The notes: generated by a model not told the origin, from the letters alone. A DNA stretch of 60,447 nucleotides from Candidatus Levybacteria bacterium GW2011_GWA1_37_16 (GCA_943357985.1 CALRGR010000005.1:1-60447), one strand, 5' to 3'. Positions 44,401 to 54,324 are shown, counted from the first letter of the stretch. Translations and numbers: made by a program.

Positions 44401-45198
44401 ATGCCAAAAAGAAGTTTTTTTCCTTCATTTTTCATTTTCATAATTTTGTCAGTTTTATTTATTTTCTTGTCAAAAACCGGAATATTAAATGGACCTGCTA
44501 GTCTAATTGCAAAAATTGCAAGTCCTATTGAAAAAATAAGTTTTGGTTTCTCTTCGTCCACCAATAAAGATAATTCCATTGTTGCAGAGAATAAACAGCT
44601 TATTAAAAAATTGGTTGATTTTCAAAAAATGGCTACGGAAAACTCGGCGCTGCGCGATCAATTTGAGACAACGAGTCCCGCAAGCCAAAACCTTCTTCCT
44701 GCAAATGTTGTTTCTGCTTCAAGTTTTATCCCCGGCATTTCATCACCTGAATATTTAGTTATAGATAAAGGTAAAAAGGATGGAATAAAAACTGGAATGG
44801 CGGTTGTTTTTAAAGATAATCTTTTAGGTAAAATTACAGAAATTTCCGACTCGCTTTCCAGAGTTATACTTGTTTCAAATCCTTCAATTTCTTTTTCTGC
44901 CAAAACAATTTCTATAAAAGGGGAACCCGGTGCCAGCGCTTTGGGAATTATTTCCGGAATGGGTGGACAGGATATGATTTTGGGTAATGTTTTGCTTTCT
45001 GATACGCTTGCCGTTGGTGATTATGTGACAACAAAAGGTGATTTGCAGGTAGACAATGCTGGTTTTCCGCCAAGTATTATTATTGGAAAAATTACATCAG
45101 TTGAAAAAAAAGCGAGTGATTTATTCCAACGCGCAAAAGTAAAAAGTCTGTTAGATTTTTCAAAATTAAGCACAGTTTTTGTAGTTTTAAGCCAATGA
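44401..45198 (+). CDS. mreC: Rod shape-determining protein MreC
   Basis: N-terminal TM segment, a coiled-coil (ENKQLIKKLVDFQKMATENSALRDQ), then beta-rich domains. It sits immediately after mreB. Confidence 0.8.
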   Translation: MPKRSFFPSFFIFIILSVLFIFLSKTGILNGPASLIAKIASPIEKISFGFSSSTNKDNSIVAENKQLIKKLVDFQKMATENSALRDQFETTSPASQNLLPANVVSASSFIPGISSPEYLVIDKGKKDGIKTGMAVVFKDNLLGKITEISDSLSRVILVSNPSISFSAKTISIKGEPGASALGIISGMGGQDMILGNVLLSDTLAVGDYVTTKGDLQVDNAGFPPSIIIGKITSVEKKASDLFQRAKVKSLLDFSKLSTVFVVLSQ

Positions 45199-45608
45199 GA
45201 GAAAAAATCTTTCCAATTTTATTTATCATACTCGTCACTTTTCTTGAAATAACAGTAACAACTCTGCCGCTAATTATTGGAACTTTTATTTTATTAACTG
45301 TTGTTTTTAGACAGAATTGGATTTTTGTCGCAGCGTTTTTAACTGGAATAATTTTTGATATTTTAACTATCAGAACTATTGGTACGACAAGTACATTTCT
45401 TGTCTTTATGGTTTTTTTGATTTTTCTATATCAGAATAAATTTGAAATTCAAACTATTCATTTTGTTTTTGTTTCAACAACTATAGCCAGTGTTTTATTT
45501 TTAGTTTTCTTAGGTTTTTCAAGCGTGATTTTACAAGCCCTTTTGGTTGGAGTTGTAACTACAGTCCTTTTTGGTTTATTATCTTTCTATCTTAAGTCCT
45601 CGTTATGA
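45195..45608 (+). CDS. mreD: Rod shape-determining protein MreD
   Basis: 137-aa polytopic membrane protein. It overlaps mreC and mrdA by 4 nt (ATGA); the call rests on operon position. Confidence 0.65.
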   Translation: MREKIFPILFIILVTFLEITVTTLPLIIGTFILLTVVFRQNWIFVAAFLTGIIFDILTIRTIGTTSTFLVFMVFLIFLYQNKFEIQTIHFVFVSTTIASVLFLVFLGFSSVILQALLVGVVTTVLFGLLSFYLKSSL

Positions 45609-47404
45609 AGAAATTAAAAATAGGAGCCGCATTTGCCGATTACATAATTACAGAAGATTATACCGGTTCAAAAAAACATTTTGATGGCGGAAGAAGTAAT
45701 GACATTAGGTGGTTTTTCCTGCCACTTATTGCCGGAATTATTATTGTATTTTTGCTGGTAAAACTTTTTTCATTGCAAATTTTAAACGGTTCTTACTACA
45801 AAAAACTGGCAGATAATAACAGAACAAAAACTGTTTTAATTCATGCACCCCGTGGAATTATTTTTGACCGCAATGGTGTCCCGTTGGTTTTTAATATTCC
45901 CGGTTTTAGAACTTCAAAAAATGGAAAAATTCATCTTTTGACACAAGAAGATGCCTTACCGTTTCTTGCCCAAAAAAATAATAATTTAGAAATTGATTCC
46001 CTGCGTCAATATCCATACAAGGATTCCTTTTCTCACGCGCTAGGTTACATTGGGCAAATATCGCAGCAGCAGTTAAAAAATCCGCAATTTTCAAATTATA
46101 GCGGAGGGGATTTGATTGGGAAAACGGGAATTGAACAGCGCTATGAACAGACACTTAAAGGTACGGATGGGAAAAAACTTGTGGAGGTGGATAGCCAAGG
46201 GAGAGAAGTTAGGGGGCTTGGTGAAACAGATCCTACTTCCGGGCGGGACATAACATTAACACTAGACGCAGGACTACAAAAAGCTACTTATGAAGCCATG
46301 AAGGGAGTTAAAAAAGGAGCAGCAATAGTTTCAACTCCAAAGGGAGAAATTTTAGCAATAGTTTCAAATCCTTCTTTTGATCCAAATCTTTTTACATTAG
46401 GTAAAGATTATAAGAGCGCAACAGACAGCGTTTATCAAAATATTTCATCGATTCTTTTAGACTCTCAAAGTCAGCCGCTTTTAGACAGAGCAATTTCTGG
46501 GACTTATCCGCCCGGGTCTACATTTAAGCTTATTACTGCTGCCGCGGGTCTTGAAAACCGGATAATTGATGAAAATTATATAGTTTCGGATAACGGAACT
46601 CTAAGATTGGGAGAATTTTCATTTTCCAACTGGTATTTTACACAGTATGGAAAAACAGAAGGGGATGTGGATGTTGTTAAAGCAATTAAGCGCTCAAATG
46701 ATATTTTTTTCTACACACTGGCCGGAAAAGTTGGAGTGGATAAAATTTCTGAGATGGCAGCAAAATTTGGAATAGGAAAAGCTTTCGGGCTTGATTTAAA
46801 TGGAGAAGCAAATGGAATACTTCCCACAACGGCATGGAAAGAAAAAGTAATCGGAGAGCAATGGTACACGGGAGACACCTATCATTATGGAATTGGTCAG
46901 GGATATTTGCTGACAACTCCGCTTCAGGTAAACGGTTGGACACAGGTAATTGCAAATAGCGGAACACTGTATCAGCCGCATATGATCAAAGAGACTAAGC
47001 CTAATATTCTGACTCCTAATTTTTTGTCTGAAAAAACAGTTTCCCTAATTCGGCAAGGAATGATTGAATCATGCAGTGAGGGTGGGGTTGCCTGGCCTAT
47101 TTTTAATTACCAAATTAAGAATTCAAAATTACGAATTGATGGGAAGAATTTTTTAGAAGTATCTGAATCGACTACTTCTGTGGCTTTTAAAGACTTCAGA
47201 AAAATTTCGATTGCATGTAAAACTGGAACCGCTCAACACGGAGGAGAAGAGACGCTTCCGCATGCATGGATAACGCTTTTTGCCCCCGCATATAATCCTG
47301 AAATCGTTGTAACAGTTCTTAATGAAAGTTCCGGAGAGGGAAGCAACATGGCTGCACCAATCGCAAAGAAGATTCTAGAGGCCTATTTTGCAAATAAAAA
47401 CTAA
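45605..47404 (+). CDS. mrdA: Penicillin-binding protein 2 (elongasome D,D-transpeptidase)
   Basis: The STFK (PGSTFKLITAAAG), SxN (RSNDIFF) and KTGT (CKTGTAQ) motifs are all present. Confidence 0.9.
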   Translation: MKKLKIGAAFADYIITEDYTGSKKHFDGGRSNDIRWFFLPLIAGIIIVFLLVKLFSLQILNGSYYKKLADNNRTKTVLIHAPRGIIFDRNGVPLVFNIPGFRTSKNGKIHLLTQEDALPFLAQKNNNLEIDSLRQYPYKDSFSHALGYIGQISQQQLKNPQFSNYSGGDLIGKTGIEQRYEQTLKGTDGKKLVEVDSQGREVRGLGETDPTSGRDITLTLDAGLQKATYEAMKGVKKGAAIVSTPKGEILAIVSNPSFDPNLFTLGKDYKSATDSVYQNISSILLDSQSQPLLDRAISGTYPPGSTFKLITAAAGLENRIIDENYIVSDNGTLRLGEFSFSNWYFTQYGKTEGDVDVVKAIKRSNDIFFYTLAGKVGVDKISEMAAKFGIGKAFGLDLNGEANGILPTTAWKEKVIGEQWYTGDTYHYGIGQGYLLTTPLQVNGWTQVIANSGTLYQPHMIKETKPNILTPNFLSEKTVSLIRQGMIESCSEGGVAWPIFNYQIKNSKLRIDGKNFLEVSESTTSVAFKDFRKISIACKTGTAQHGGEETLPHAWITLFAPAYNPEIVVTVLNESSGEGSNMAAPIAKKILEAYFANKN

Positions 47405-47425
47405 AAGGACTATAATTTTTTGTTA

Positions 47426-48022
47426 ATGACAACTGTTGAGTCGGGAACAAGTCGTAGTTCTGAGGTTGTTCGATTGTCTAGTTTAGTCGCCGATACCGTC
47501 GGTGATGCTTCATACTCGCATAAAGTAGAAGAAATTATTAAACTTTCCAGGAAAAAAGGGTTAATGTTTCATGGTGTTAAAAGAGCAGATGCTGTTTCTG
47601 AAATTGCTGTTCGCGGAGTTGCTCCTCTTACTCCAGAATCAGGGTTTGTTAGTTTTTGGTCATCTGGTCTTTCTCTTTTTTTTGGCGAAAGAAATCCCGG
47701 CTTTGCACAAATGCGGGATTCATCTTTTTTTGATTATGGGCATACAGACAAATCGTCAATGACAATAGTTGTAACAAGTAGACAAGCAGTAGCAGAAAAA
47801 ACAGGAGTAAATATATTAATTGGAGAAGATTCCCAAATAACTGTTCCATGTCATATTCCACGTGGTGCAATATCTATTGTTACAGTTCAAGGAAATAATA
47901 CTACGGCATCCAGGACTAGTGGTGCACTTCTTGAGCGGACAATGTTGGATGCTTTGCATAGGTTTGCCACAGGAGGAGAAATAGGTAGGGATTATAGAGT
48001 TGCTATTAGACAGAAGCAGTAG
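47426..48022 (+). CDS. Hypothetical soluble protein
   Basis: ATG 47426 is preferred over TTG 47420 because TATAAT lies 9 nt upstream. There is no secure motif. The pattern FHGV...GVAPL...GFVSFWSSG faintly resembles an ADP-ribosyltransferase/Tpt1-type core, but this is very speculative. Confidence 0.45.
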   Translation: MTTVESGTSRSSEVVRLSSLVADTVGDASYSHKVEEIIKLSRKKGLMFHGVKRADAVSEIAVRGVAPLTPESGFVSFWSSGLSLFFGERNPGFAQMRDSSFFDYGHTDKSSMTIVVTSRQAVAEKTGVNILIGEDSQITVPCHIPRGAISIVTVQGNNTTASRTSGALLERTMLDALHRFATGGEIGRDYRVAIRQKQ

Positions 48023-48035
48023 GGAGTAAGCACCG

Positions 48036-48707
48036 CTATATTGTTTTTAGAATATTTGCCAATGCTCTTACTTCTGTTCTCACGGAGTCTATTGAATCAC
48101 TTCCATGAACTGCATTGTTGGGTAATCCTTGAGCGTGTCTTGCTCTTATTGAGTCCGGGTTTTCATCTCTTGCTCTTTGGGGATTGGTTGATCCCATTTT
48201 TTCTCTCCACCATTCTACCGCATCGCCTTGGGGTCTATAAATCAAAACAAAAGTTAGAGGGGCAGAAGATGTAAACCGCGAAACAGATTCCCAAACGGTT
48301 ATGCTTGGGTCGGCAGAGTCAGTCATTACTTCCTGGATTCTTTTATTGGGTCTATAGAAAGCTTCCGCTTGTTGTCTTGTTAATTTTAAAGACAAAGAGA
48401 AGATAACATTTTCTTCTCCTATTTCCCCAAGGATAGATTGCGCTGCTTGATCATCATCAGGACTTAAATCTCTTCCTTCATTTGCCTTAGGTTTTATGAT
48501 ACCGAGGGTTATTTTGCCTTCATTTATTAATGATTCTAACTCCGGATGAATAAGAACATCTGAAATTCTTGAAATTTTTTCTTTTTCCAGTTCAGCTATT
48601 GTTTTTTCTCCATCAAAAAATTCTCCTGCTTTAGCTCTTGAGCTAAACATTTCAGGAATTTGTAAGTCTGATAAATGGTCAACAATTCTTGTTTCTGCTG
48701 TTGTCAT
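48036..48707 (-). CDS. Divergent nucleoside-diphosphate-kinase-like protein with ~65-aa N-terminal extension
   Basis: ITLGIIKPKA..., AEAFYRP, MGSTNPQRARDENPDSIRARHA and NNAVHGSDSIDSVRTEV (catalytic His context). Confidence 0.7.
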   Translation of the reverse strand: MTTAETRIVDHLSDLQIPEMFSSRAKAGEFFDGEKTIAELEKEKISRISDVLIHPELESLINEGKITLGIIKPKANEGRDLSPDDDQAAQSILGEIGEENVIFSLSLKLTRQQAEAFYRPNKRIQEVMTDSADPSITVWESVSRFTSSAPLTFVLIYRPQGDAVEWWREKMGSTNPQRARDENPDSIRARHAQGLPNNAVHGSDSIDSVRTEVRALANILKTI

Positions 48708-48868
48708 AATAATTTTATACTTTTGCTTTATTTTTCTTTTCCTTTGAGCGCATATTTAGAAACAAAAGAAATGAATCTAGCTTTGAAATATCCTTTAACA
48801 ATCTCTGTTTTTTCTTCATGCGTCCATATTATAGGATACTGTTATGAAATAATCAACTCAAAGAGGAT

Positions 48869-49540
48869 TTATTGAGTGAATTTGAAGGTGGAGAGAATTT
48901 GGTTAAAGAGGGCTAATCCAATATTATTTTTTGAAGTTCCAGAGCCATAAATAATCATATACGCGTTCCCTAGGTGCTCTATGGGACCGACTTGAACTAA
49001 TGTCTCGTCGATAGAAACTGTTTTATTGACGGTTTGGTTAGCCAACTGTATTGTTGTTATCGGCTGGGACTGAAGATTGAACTCTAGCTTTGAATTAACA
49101 CCTTCCTTATACGAAAATATTTGTACTCCATATGATGGTTGACCGAGAAGTGACCATTCATCTACATTTACCGATCCACCAATTCCTTGATAAGTCCTGC
49201 TGTCTTGTTGGAGAGCAGGAGTTATATCTATTGGATATTTAATTGAATAACCAAAATTCGGACTGATGTAGGTTTTCCAGTTGGCGGTTGGGTCAATTGT
49301 TGGTGTTGGGGTTGCTGTCTCTTGAACTGTTGAGATTTGCTGGTTTGAGATAGTAGCTTTATTTCTACCCGAAACTAGAAAATATCCTATAAAGGCTATT
49401 GCTGTGCAAAACGAAACAATACCCATTCCAATTCCAATTGTTTTCCAAAAACTTCTATTAGAATTTTCAGGAGCAATCGGCGGAACTTGAGCCGGTTGTT
49501 GTTCGGTCTCAATATTTTGCGGTGGGATTTGGTCTTCCAT
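48869..49540 (-). CDS. N-terminally anchored extracytoplasmic hypothetical protein
   Basis: TM segment IGIGMGIVSFCTAIAFIGYFLV. The motif ANWKTYISPNFGYSIKYP also occurs in CDS 53739-54284 as [18 protein letters not shown]. Confidence 0.55.
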   Translation of the reverse strand: MEDQIPPQNIETEQQPAQVPPIAPENSNRSFWKTIGIGMGIVSFCTAIAFIGYFLVSGRNKATISNQQISTVQETATPTPTIDPTANWKTYISPNFGYSIKYPIDITPALQQDSRTYQGIGGSVNVDEWSLLGQPSYGVQIFSYKEGVNSKLEFNLQSQPITTIQLANQTVNKTVSIDETLVQVGPIEHLGNAYMIIYGSGTSKNNIGLALFNQILSTFKFTQ

Positions 49541-49560
49541 AACTTAAGTATACTATAATT

Positions 49561-50649
49561 ATGATTATGCAAGAGAGGAATTATTATTTGGGGTTTGCGA
49601 TGGCTAATGGAATAGGGCCGAAGACGTTTGCATCGCTTCTGGAAAATTTTAACTCTGCGGGAAAAGCATGGAACGCCACTCAGTCAGACCTCGAACCAAT
49701 ACTAAAGCCCGCACTTACTTCTAAATTTATAAATTTCCGCAAGGAGTTTGATTTTGAAAAATATAAAACCCAGCTGGAAAAACAGAAAATTTCTTTTGTC
49801 GCCTTGTCGGATAAAGGATACCTACAACTTCTAAGACAAATTCCAAACCCACCAATTGTGTTGTATGTTAAAGGCAATGCTGATTTGTTAAGTTCGAAAC
49901 TCAACAAAATTGCAATTGTAGGGACAAGACATATCACAAGTTACGGGCGGCAAATAACAGAAATGTTCGCAAGGGATTTGGCTGGGTCTGGACTTATAAT
50001 AGTATCCGGTATGGCGCTTGGTGTAGACGGCGTAGCACACCAATCAACTATCAATGTAGGCGGAAAAACTATTGCAGTTTTGGGCAATGGCGTGGATTTG
50101 CCATATCCATATGAAAATCAAAAACTTTATGAAGAAATTTTGGATAGTGGTGGAGCCATTATCTCTGAATTTCCTCCTGGAATGCCGCCAAATGTCGGAT
50201 CTTTTCCGGCAAGAAACAGAATAGTTGCAGGAATGTCTCTGGGCGTTCTGGTCACAGAAGGAGCAAGTGATAGTGGTTCACTTATTACAGCAAAGCTTGC
50301 TTTGGGCTTTGGTCGTCCGGTTTTTGCAGTTCCTGGACCAATTACATCACAATTATCAAAAGCGCCGTTGGATCTAATCCGCAAAGGTGCAAAACTTGTA
50401 ACATCTGCTGCAGATATTTTGGAGGAGCTAAATGTTAAAAGTTCACCCTCAAAAAACAAATCTTCGGCAAAAGGCGAGACAAAGGAAGAAAATTTAATTC
50501 TTAAAATTTTAGAAAATGAGAGTTTGGGGTTTGATGAAATCTCGCGTCTTGCCAAAATTGATTCTTCGAAACTCGCAGGCATTTTATCCATGATGGAAAT
50601 AAAAGGAATAATTAAGGATTCGGGCGGAAGATTTTCCATCTCCTCTTGA
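49561..50649 (+). CDS. dprA: DNA-processing protein DprA (Smf)
   Basis: IAIVGTRHITSYG, SGMALGVDGVAHQ and AVLGNGVDLPYPYEN, with a C-terminal winged-helix segment. Confidence 0.92.
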   Translation: MIMQERNYYLGFAMANGIGPKTFASLLENFNSAGKAWNATQSDLEPILKPALTSKFINFRKEFDFEKYKTQLEKQKISFVALSDKGYLQLLRQIPNPPIVLYVKGNADLLSSKLNKIAIVGTRHITSYGRQITEMFARDLAGSGLIIVSGMALGVDGVAHQSTINVGGKTIAVLGNGVDLPYPYENQKLYEEILDSGGAIISEFPPGMPPNVGSFPARNRIVAGMSLGVLVTEGASDSGSLITAKLALGFGRPVFAVPGPITSQLSKAPLDLIRKGAKLVTSAADILEELNVKSSPSKNKSSAKGETKEENLILKILENESLGFDEISRLAKIDSSKLAGILSMMEIKGIIKDSGGRFSISS

Positions 50650-50683
50650 CACGACCAGTATAATAAAACACAATGGGTAAATT

Positions 50684-52693
50684 ATGAAATTACTAATAGT
50701 AGAATCACCAACAAAAGCCAGAACTATTGGCAGATTTTTAGGAAAGGATTATTCAATAGTTGCCTCCATGGGGCATATTATGGATTTGCCAAAAAGTAAG
50801 CTTGGGGTGGATACGGAGCATGATTTCAAGCCTGCATTTGAAGTGGTTGGGGATAAGAAACAGATTTTGGCAGAACTTAAAAGAGAAGCCAAAAAAGCAG
50901 ATGGAATATTTTTTGCAACTGATCCTGACCGCGAAGGAGAAGCAATTGCAGCTCATGTTAAAGAGGCTTTGGGAGTAAAGGGAAAAGTTGAAAGAATTGT
51001 TTTCCATGAAATTACAAAAGAAGCAATTGAAGAAGCTTTTAAAAATCCCCGTGATATAGATGAGAATTTGGTTGATGCGCAAACCGCAAGGCGGGTGCTT
51101 GACAGGTTGGTCGGTTACAAGCTTTCTCCTCTTCTTTGGCAAAAAGTTAGACGCGGTTTGTCTGCGGGCCGTGTTCAATCAGTTGCCTTGCGTTTGATAG
51201 TTGAAAGAGAAAGGGAAATTGAGAAATTTAAAAAAACTCTTTATTTTACAATTGAGGCAAATCTTAAAAAAGATAAAGATGAAGTTACTTTTGAACTTGC
51301 AGAAATAAATAATGTAAAAATTGAAAAACAGGAAAAGTTTGCACTTTATGACGGTGACTACACTATTACAAAAACTGTTATCGATAATGAAATTAAAGCT
51401 CAGGAAATTTTAGATGACATAAAAGGAAAAACATTTAAAGTATCAGACGTTGTGCAAAAAGAAATGCGTCGTTCTCCTTTAGCTCCATATACAACATCAA
51501 CCCTTCAGCAGGATGCATCAAGAAGATTAGGTCTTGCTGGAAGACGCACAATGAGTCTTGCGCAAAAACTTTACGAAGAAGGACTTATTACTTATCACAG
51601 AACAGATTCTGTTGTTATGGCAAAGTCTGCGCAATTTTCAATAATTGATTTTGTAAAAAAACAGTTCGGTGAAAAATATGTGCCGGATAAGCCGCGCTTT
51701 TATGCTACAAAACAAAAGCTGGCACAAGAAGCACATGAGGCAATTAGACCTACAAAGGTTGGGGTTTCCGCGGCGCAAGTAGCAGTGGATTTAGGTGGAC
51801 AGTATTCAAAACTTTATGATTTGATTTGGAAAAGGGCAGTAGCATCACAAATGGCAGATGCGATTACTGAGTCTACGGTTGTGCTCGTTAAGACTTCGGG
51901 TTCTCAAAAATCTTATCTATTTAAGGCAAATGGCTCGGTTCTTGTTTTTGAAGGTTTTCTAAAAGTAAATCCGCAAGCATTGCAGGATAATAAGTTACCT
52001 CAGTTTGCCACGGGAGAAGAGTTGGATCTGGCGAGTGCGGATAAAGAGTTTCATGAAACTCCACCCCCACCGCGTTATAATGACGCCTCGCTTATAAAAG
52101 TGTTGGAAGAAAAGGGAATTGGTAGGCCGTCAACCTATGCAACAATTGTTGGCACAATTGAAGCTCGCCAGTACATAGAAAGAAAAGAAGGTAGGTTTAC
52201 TCCCACATATGTTGGAATTGCGGTAAATGACTTTTTGGTTTCAAATTTTTCAAGTATTGATGACATTCCATTTACCGCCGGAATGGAAGATGATTTGGAT
52301 GCAGTGGCAACAGGGGAGAAAAAATGGACACCTATGATTGCAGATTTTTATAGACCTTTTGAGAAAAAACTTGAGGAGGTTAAGGGAGCGGAGCGGGTTA
52401 AAATTGCTACCGAAAAAACAGATCAGAAGTGTCCAAAAGACGGGGGATTTTTGGTAATTAGGGTTGGGAAGTTTGGTAAATTTTTATCCTGCGAAAACTT
52501 TCCAAAGTGTAATTTTAGCAAGCCATTTGTTGAAGAAACGCAATTTAAGTGTCCAAAAGATGGAGCAATAATTGTGGTCAAAAAGACTAGAAAAGGCCGT
52601 ACCTTCTATGGTTGCAGTAGTTACCCCGCCTGCACATTTGCGGCTTGGAAGTTGACAGATTTAAAGAAAGAGCAACTCACTCAAAAAATTTGA
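50684..52693 (+). CDS. topA: DNA topoisomerase I
   Basis: TOPRIM MKLLIVESPTKA...ATDPDREGEAIA. The active-site region is GLITYHRTDS. There are two C-terminal C4 zinc ribbons (CPKDG...C..FPKC and CPKDG...GCSSYPAC). Confidence 0.96.
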   Translation: MKLLIVESPTKARTIGRFLGKDYSIVASMGHIMDLPKSKLGVDTEHDFKPAFEVVGDKKQILAELKREAKKADGIFFATDPDREGEAIAAHVKEALGVKGKVERIVFHEITKEAIEEAFKNPRDIDENLVDAQTARRVLDRLVGYKLSPLLWQKVRRGLSAGRVQSVALRLIVEREREIEKFKKTLYFTIEANLKKDKDEVTFELAEINNVKIEKQEKFALYDGDYTITKTVIDNEIKAQEILDDIKGKTFKVSDVVQKEMRRSPLAPYTTSTLQQDASRRLGLAGRRTMSLAQKLYEEGLITYHRTDSVVMAKSAQFSIIDFVKKQFGEKYVPDKPRFYATKQKLAQEAHEAIRPTKVGVSAAQVAVDLGGQYSKLYDLIWKRAVASQMADAITESTVVLVKTSGSQKSYLFKANGSVLVFEGFLKVNPQALQDNKLPQFATGEELDLASADKEFHETPPPPRYNDASLIKVLEEKGIGRPSTYATIVGTIEARQYIERKEGRFTPTYVGIAVNDFLVSNFSSIDDIPFTAGMEDDLDAVATGEKKWTPMIADFYRPFEKKLEEVKGAERVKIATEKTDQKCPKDGGFLVIRVGKFGKFLSCENFPKCNFSKPFVEETQFKCPKDGAIIVVKKTRKGRTFYGCSSYPACTFAAWKLTDLKKEQLTQKI

Positions 52694-52725
52694 CTTGAAG
52701 CCTGAGCAGCGCTCTAGCGGGCAGG

Positions 52726-52796
52726 CCAAAATGTGATTTTCCGTATGGAAGATTGAAGATATTAAGAAATTCACTTCAAAATATCCCGCATCGTAA
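52726..52796 (+). pseudogene. Decayed extra copy (A) of the topA C-terminal zinc-ribbon tail
   Basis: ccaaaatgtgatttt is identical to 15 nt of copy B. With a 1-nt frameshift it reads PKCDF..VWKIEDIKKFTSKYPAS-stop. Confidence 0.6.
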
Positions 52797-52843
52797 TTAC
52801 TATAATTGCACTTGATAATCCATTTATCTGTATAATCTAGGAC

Positions 52844-53578
52844 ATGAAAGAATCTATGTGCAATGTCCCGGCTGTCATTCTTGCTGGAGGAATGGGAAAA
52901 AGATTGGGTTCTTTAACTGCAGAAACTCCAAAGCCTCTTATTAGAGTTGCTAATTCTCCAATTATCGTACGTCAGTTGGCAGAGTTAAGATTAGCTGGTG
53001 TGAATACTATCTTGGTATCAACTGGTTATAGGGCAGAACTTTTAATGGAAGAGCTTTTGGATGGATCAAATTTTGGCGTTGATATTTATTATTCTCATGA
53101 GGATACTCCGCTTGGTCGTGGGGGAGGAATTAAAAAAGCACTCTCTGGGATTGGTGGAAATTGGGAGTATGCAATAGTTAGAAATGGAGACAATTTAACA
53201 TTTAATCTTGATTTTGAAAATCTTCTGGAATTCCACAAGAAAAACAATGCATTAGTTACCGCTGTTGTTGCAAGAAGAAGCGCAGCGGAAAGTTTAGGTT
53301 ATGGATTGATAGAAACGGATGAGAATCTTAGAATCAAAAGTTTTAAAGAAAAACCCAAAAGCATAGAAGGAGATTCTAGCGTTTTAATAAATGCTGGTAT
53401 TTATATTATCTCAAGAAAAGTAGTTGGTTTATTTCCAGATATTGGAGATCATGAGGTTGGACTTTTTCCAAGTCTTGCATCAGATGGGAATCTTTATGGT
53501 TATCCAATTGAGGAATGGTTAACTGTTGATACTCCTGAAGATTTAGAGCGAGCAGAAGATATCATTAAGCGTAAATAG
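52844..53578 (+). CDS. Sugar-phosphate nucleotidyltransferase (NTP_transferase family)
   Basis: AVILAGGMGKRLGSLTAETPKPLIRV and INAGIYII; 244 aa. TGTATAAT lies 7 nt before the ATG. Confidence 0.8.
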   Translation: MKESMCNVPAVILAGGMGKRLGSLTAETPKPLIRVANSPIIVRQLAELRLAGVNTILVSTGYRAELLMEELLDGSNFGVDIYYSHEDTPLGRGGGIKKALSGIGGNWEYAIVRNGDNLTFNLDFENLLEFHKKNNALVTAVVARRSAAESLGYGLIETDENLRIKSFKEKPKSIEGDSSVLINAGIYIISRKVVGLFPDIGDHEVGLFPSLASDGNLYGYPIEEWLTVDTPEDLERAEDIIKRK

Positions 53579-53624
53579 TTTACTTCGTAAGCTTTATAGT
53601 TGAAAGAATTTAATCAAAAGTCTT

Positions 53625-53768
53625 GTCGGAAAGAGCAGGAAAGGCCGAACCTTCTATGGTTGCAGTAATTACCCAAAATGTGATTTTGCCGCTTGGAATT
53701 TAAAAGACCTAAAAAAAGAGGATCTCAAAAAACCTACTTCAGGGGTTAGTAAAGTTAATAGTAGATAA
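53625..53768 (+). pseudogene. Extra copy (B) of the topA 3' end
   Basis: It translates as ..[47 protein letters not shown]-stop, against the topA end [37 protein letters not shown]. The 35-nt stretch aaaggccg.accttctatggttgcagta.ttaccc has 2 mismatches. Confidence 0.75.
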
Positions 53769-54284
53769 CACCGCTTTAACAGTTTGCGAGTTTTTATTGG
53801 CCGGTTTATATGCTTTAGCTAGGACAACTTCTGTAATACTATCATCCTTTGCTCCATTGCTGAAAGGAGCCCATATTTCATCTCCGTTATCCTCTACTAT
53901 ATTGCAGATATCATAGTTTTTTTCTTGTATCTTGAACGTTTTGTGATACTTTGGGTCACAGCCTCCACCAAATCCCATCGGACCCCATTCTATAGTAATT
54001 TCTCCCTCTTTGCCGCTCAGAACTGCTGTGTTAATCTCTTTTGGATTATCAACGACTCGATTGTTTAAGGTATGACTTTCTTTGACGGTCCAAGTGGGTG
54101 GGTATTGTATGGTGACGGATTTTATGGGATTTGTATACGTTTTCCAGTTTGTGGTAGAGATGGGAGGTTGAGAAAAAGTCAAAAATAAGAGCAAAAGACC
54201 CACTAGAGCAATGGCAGAAAGGAAAATAAATTTAAAGAACCAATCATTTCTTGGATGAATTTTTCTTTTGGACTTTGTCTTCAT
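53739..54284 (-). CDS. N-terminally anchored extracytoplasmic hypothetical protein
   Basis: 181 aa with TM segment [21 protein letters not shown] and the TNWKTYTNP...IQYPPTW motif. Confidence 0.55.
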   Translation of the reverse strand: MKTKSKRKIHPRNDWFFKFIFLSAIALVGLLLLFLTFSQPPISTTNWKTYTNPIKSVTIQYPPTWTVKESHTLNNRVVDNPKEINTAVLSGKEGEITIEWGPMGFGGGCDPKYHKTFKIQEKNYDICNIVEDNGDEIWAPFSNGAKDDSITEVVLAKAYKPANKNSQTVKAVLSTINFTNP

Positions 54285-54324
54285 ACATTTACTATTTCAA
54301 AAATGACAACTGTTGTCAATGAGC

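Noticed and set aside
50127-50639. 170-aa minus-strand ORF.
   Set aside because: It is embedded antisense in dprA.
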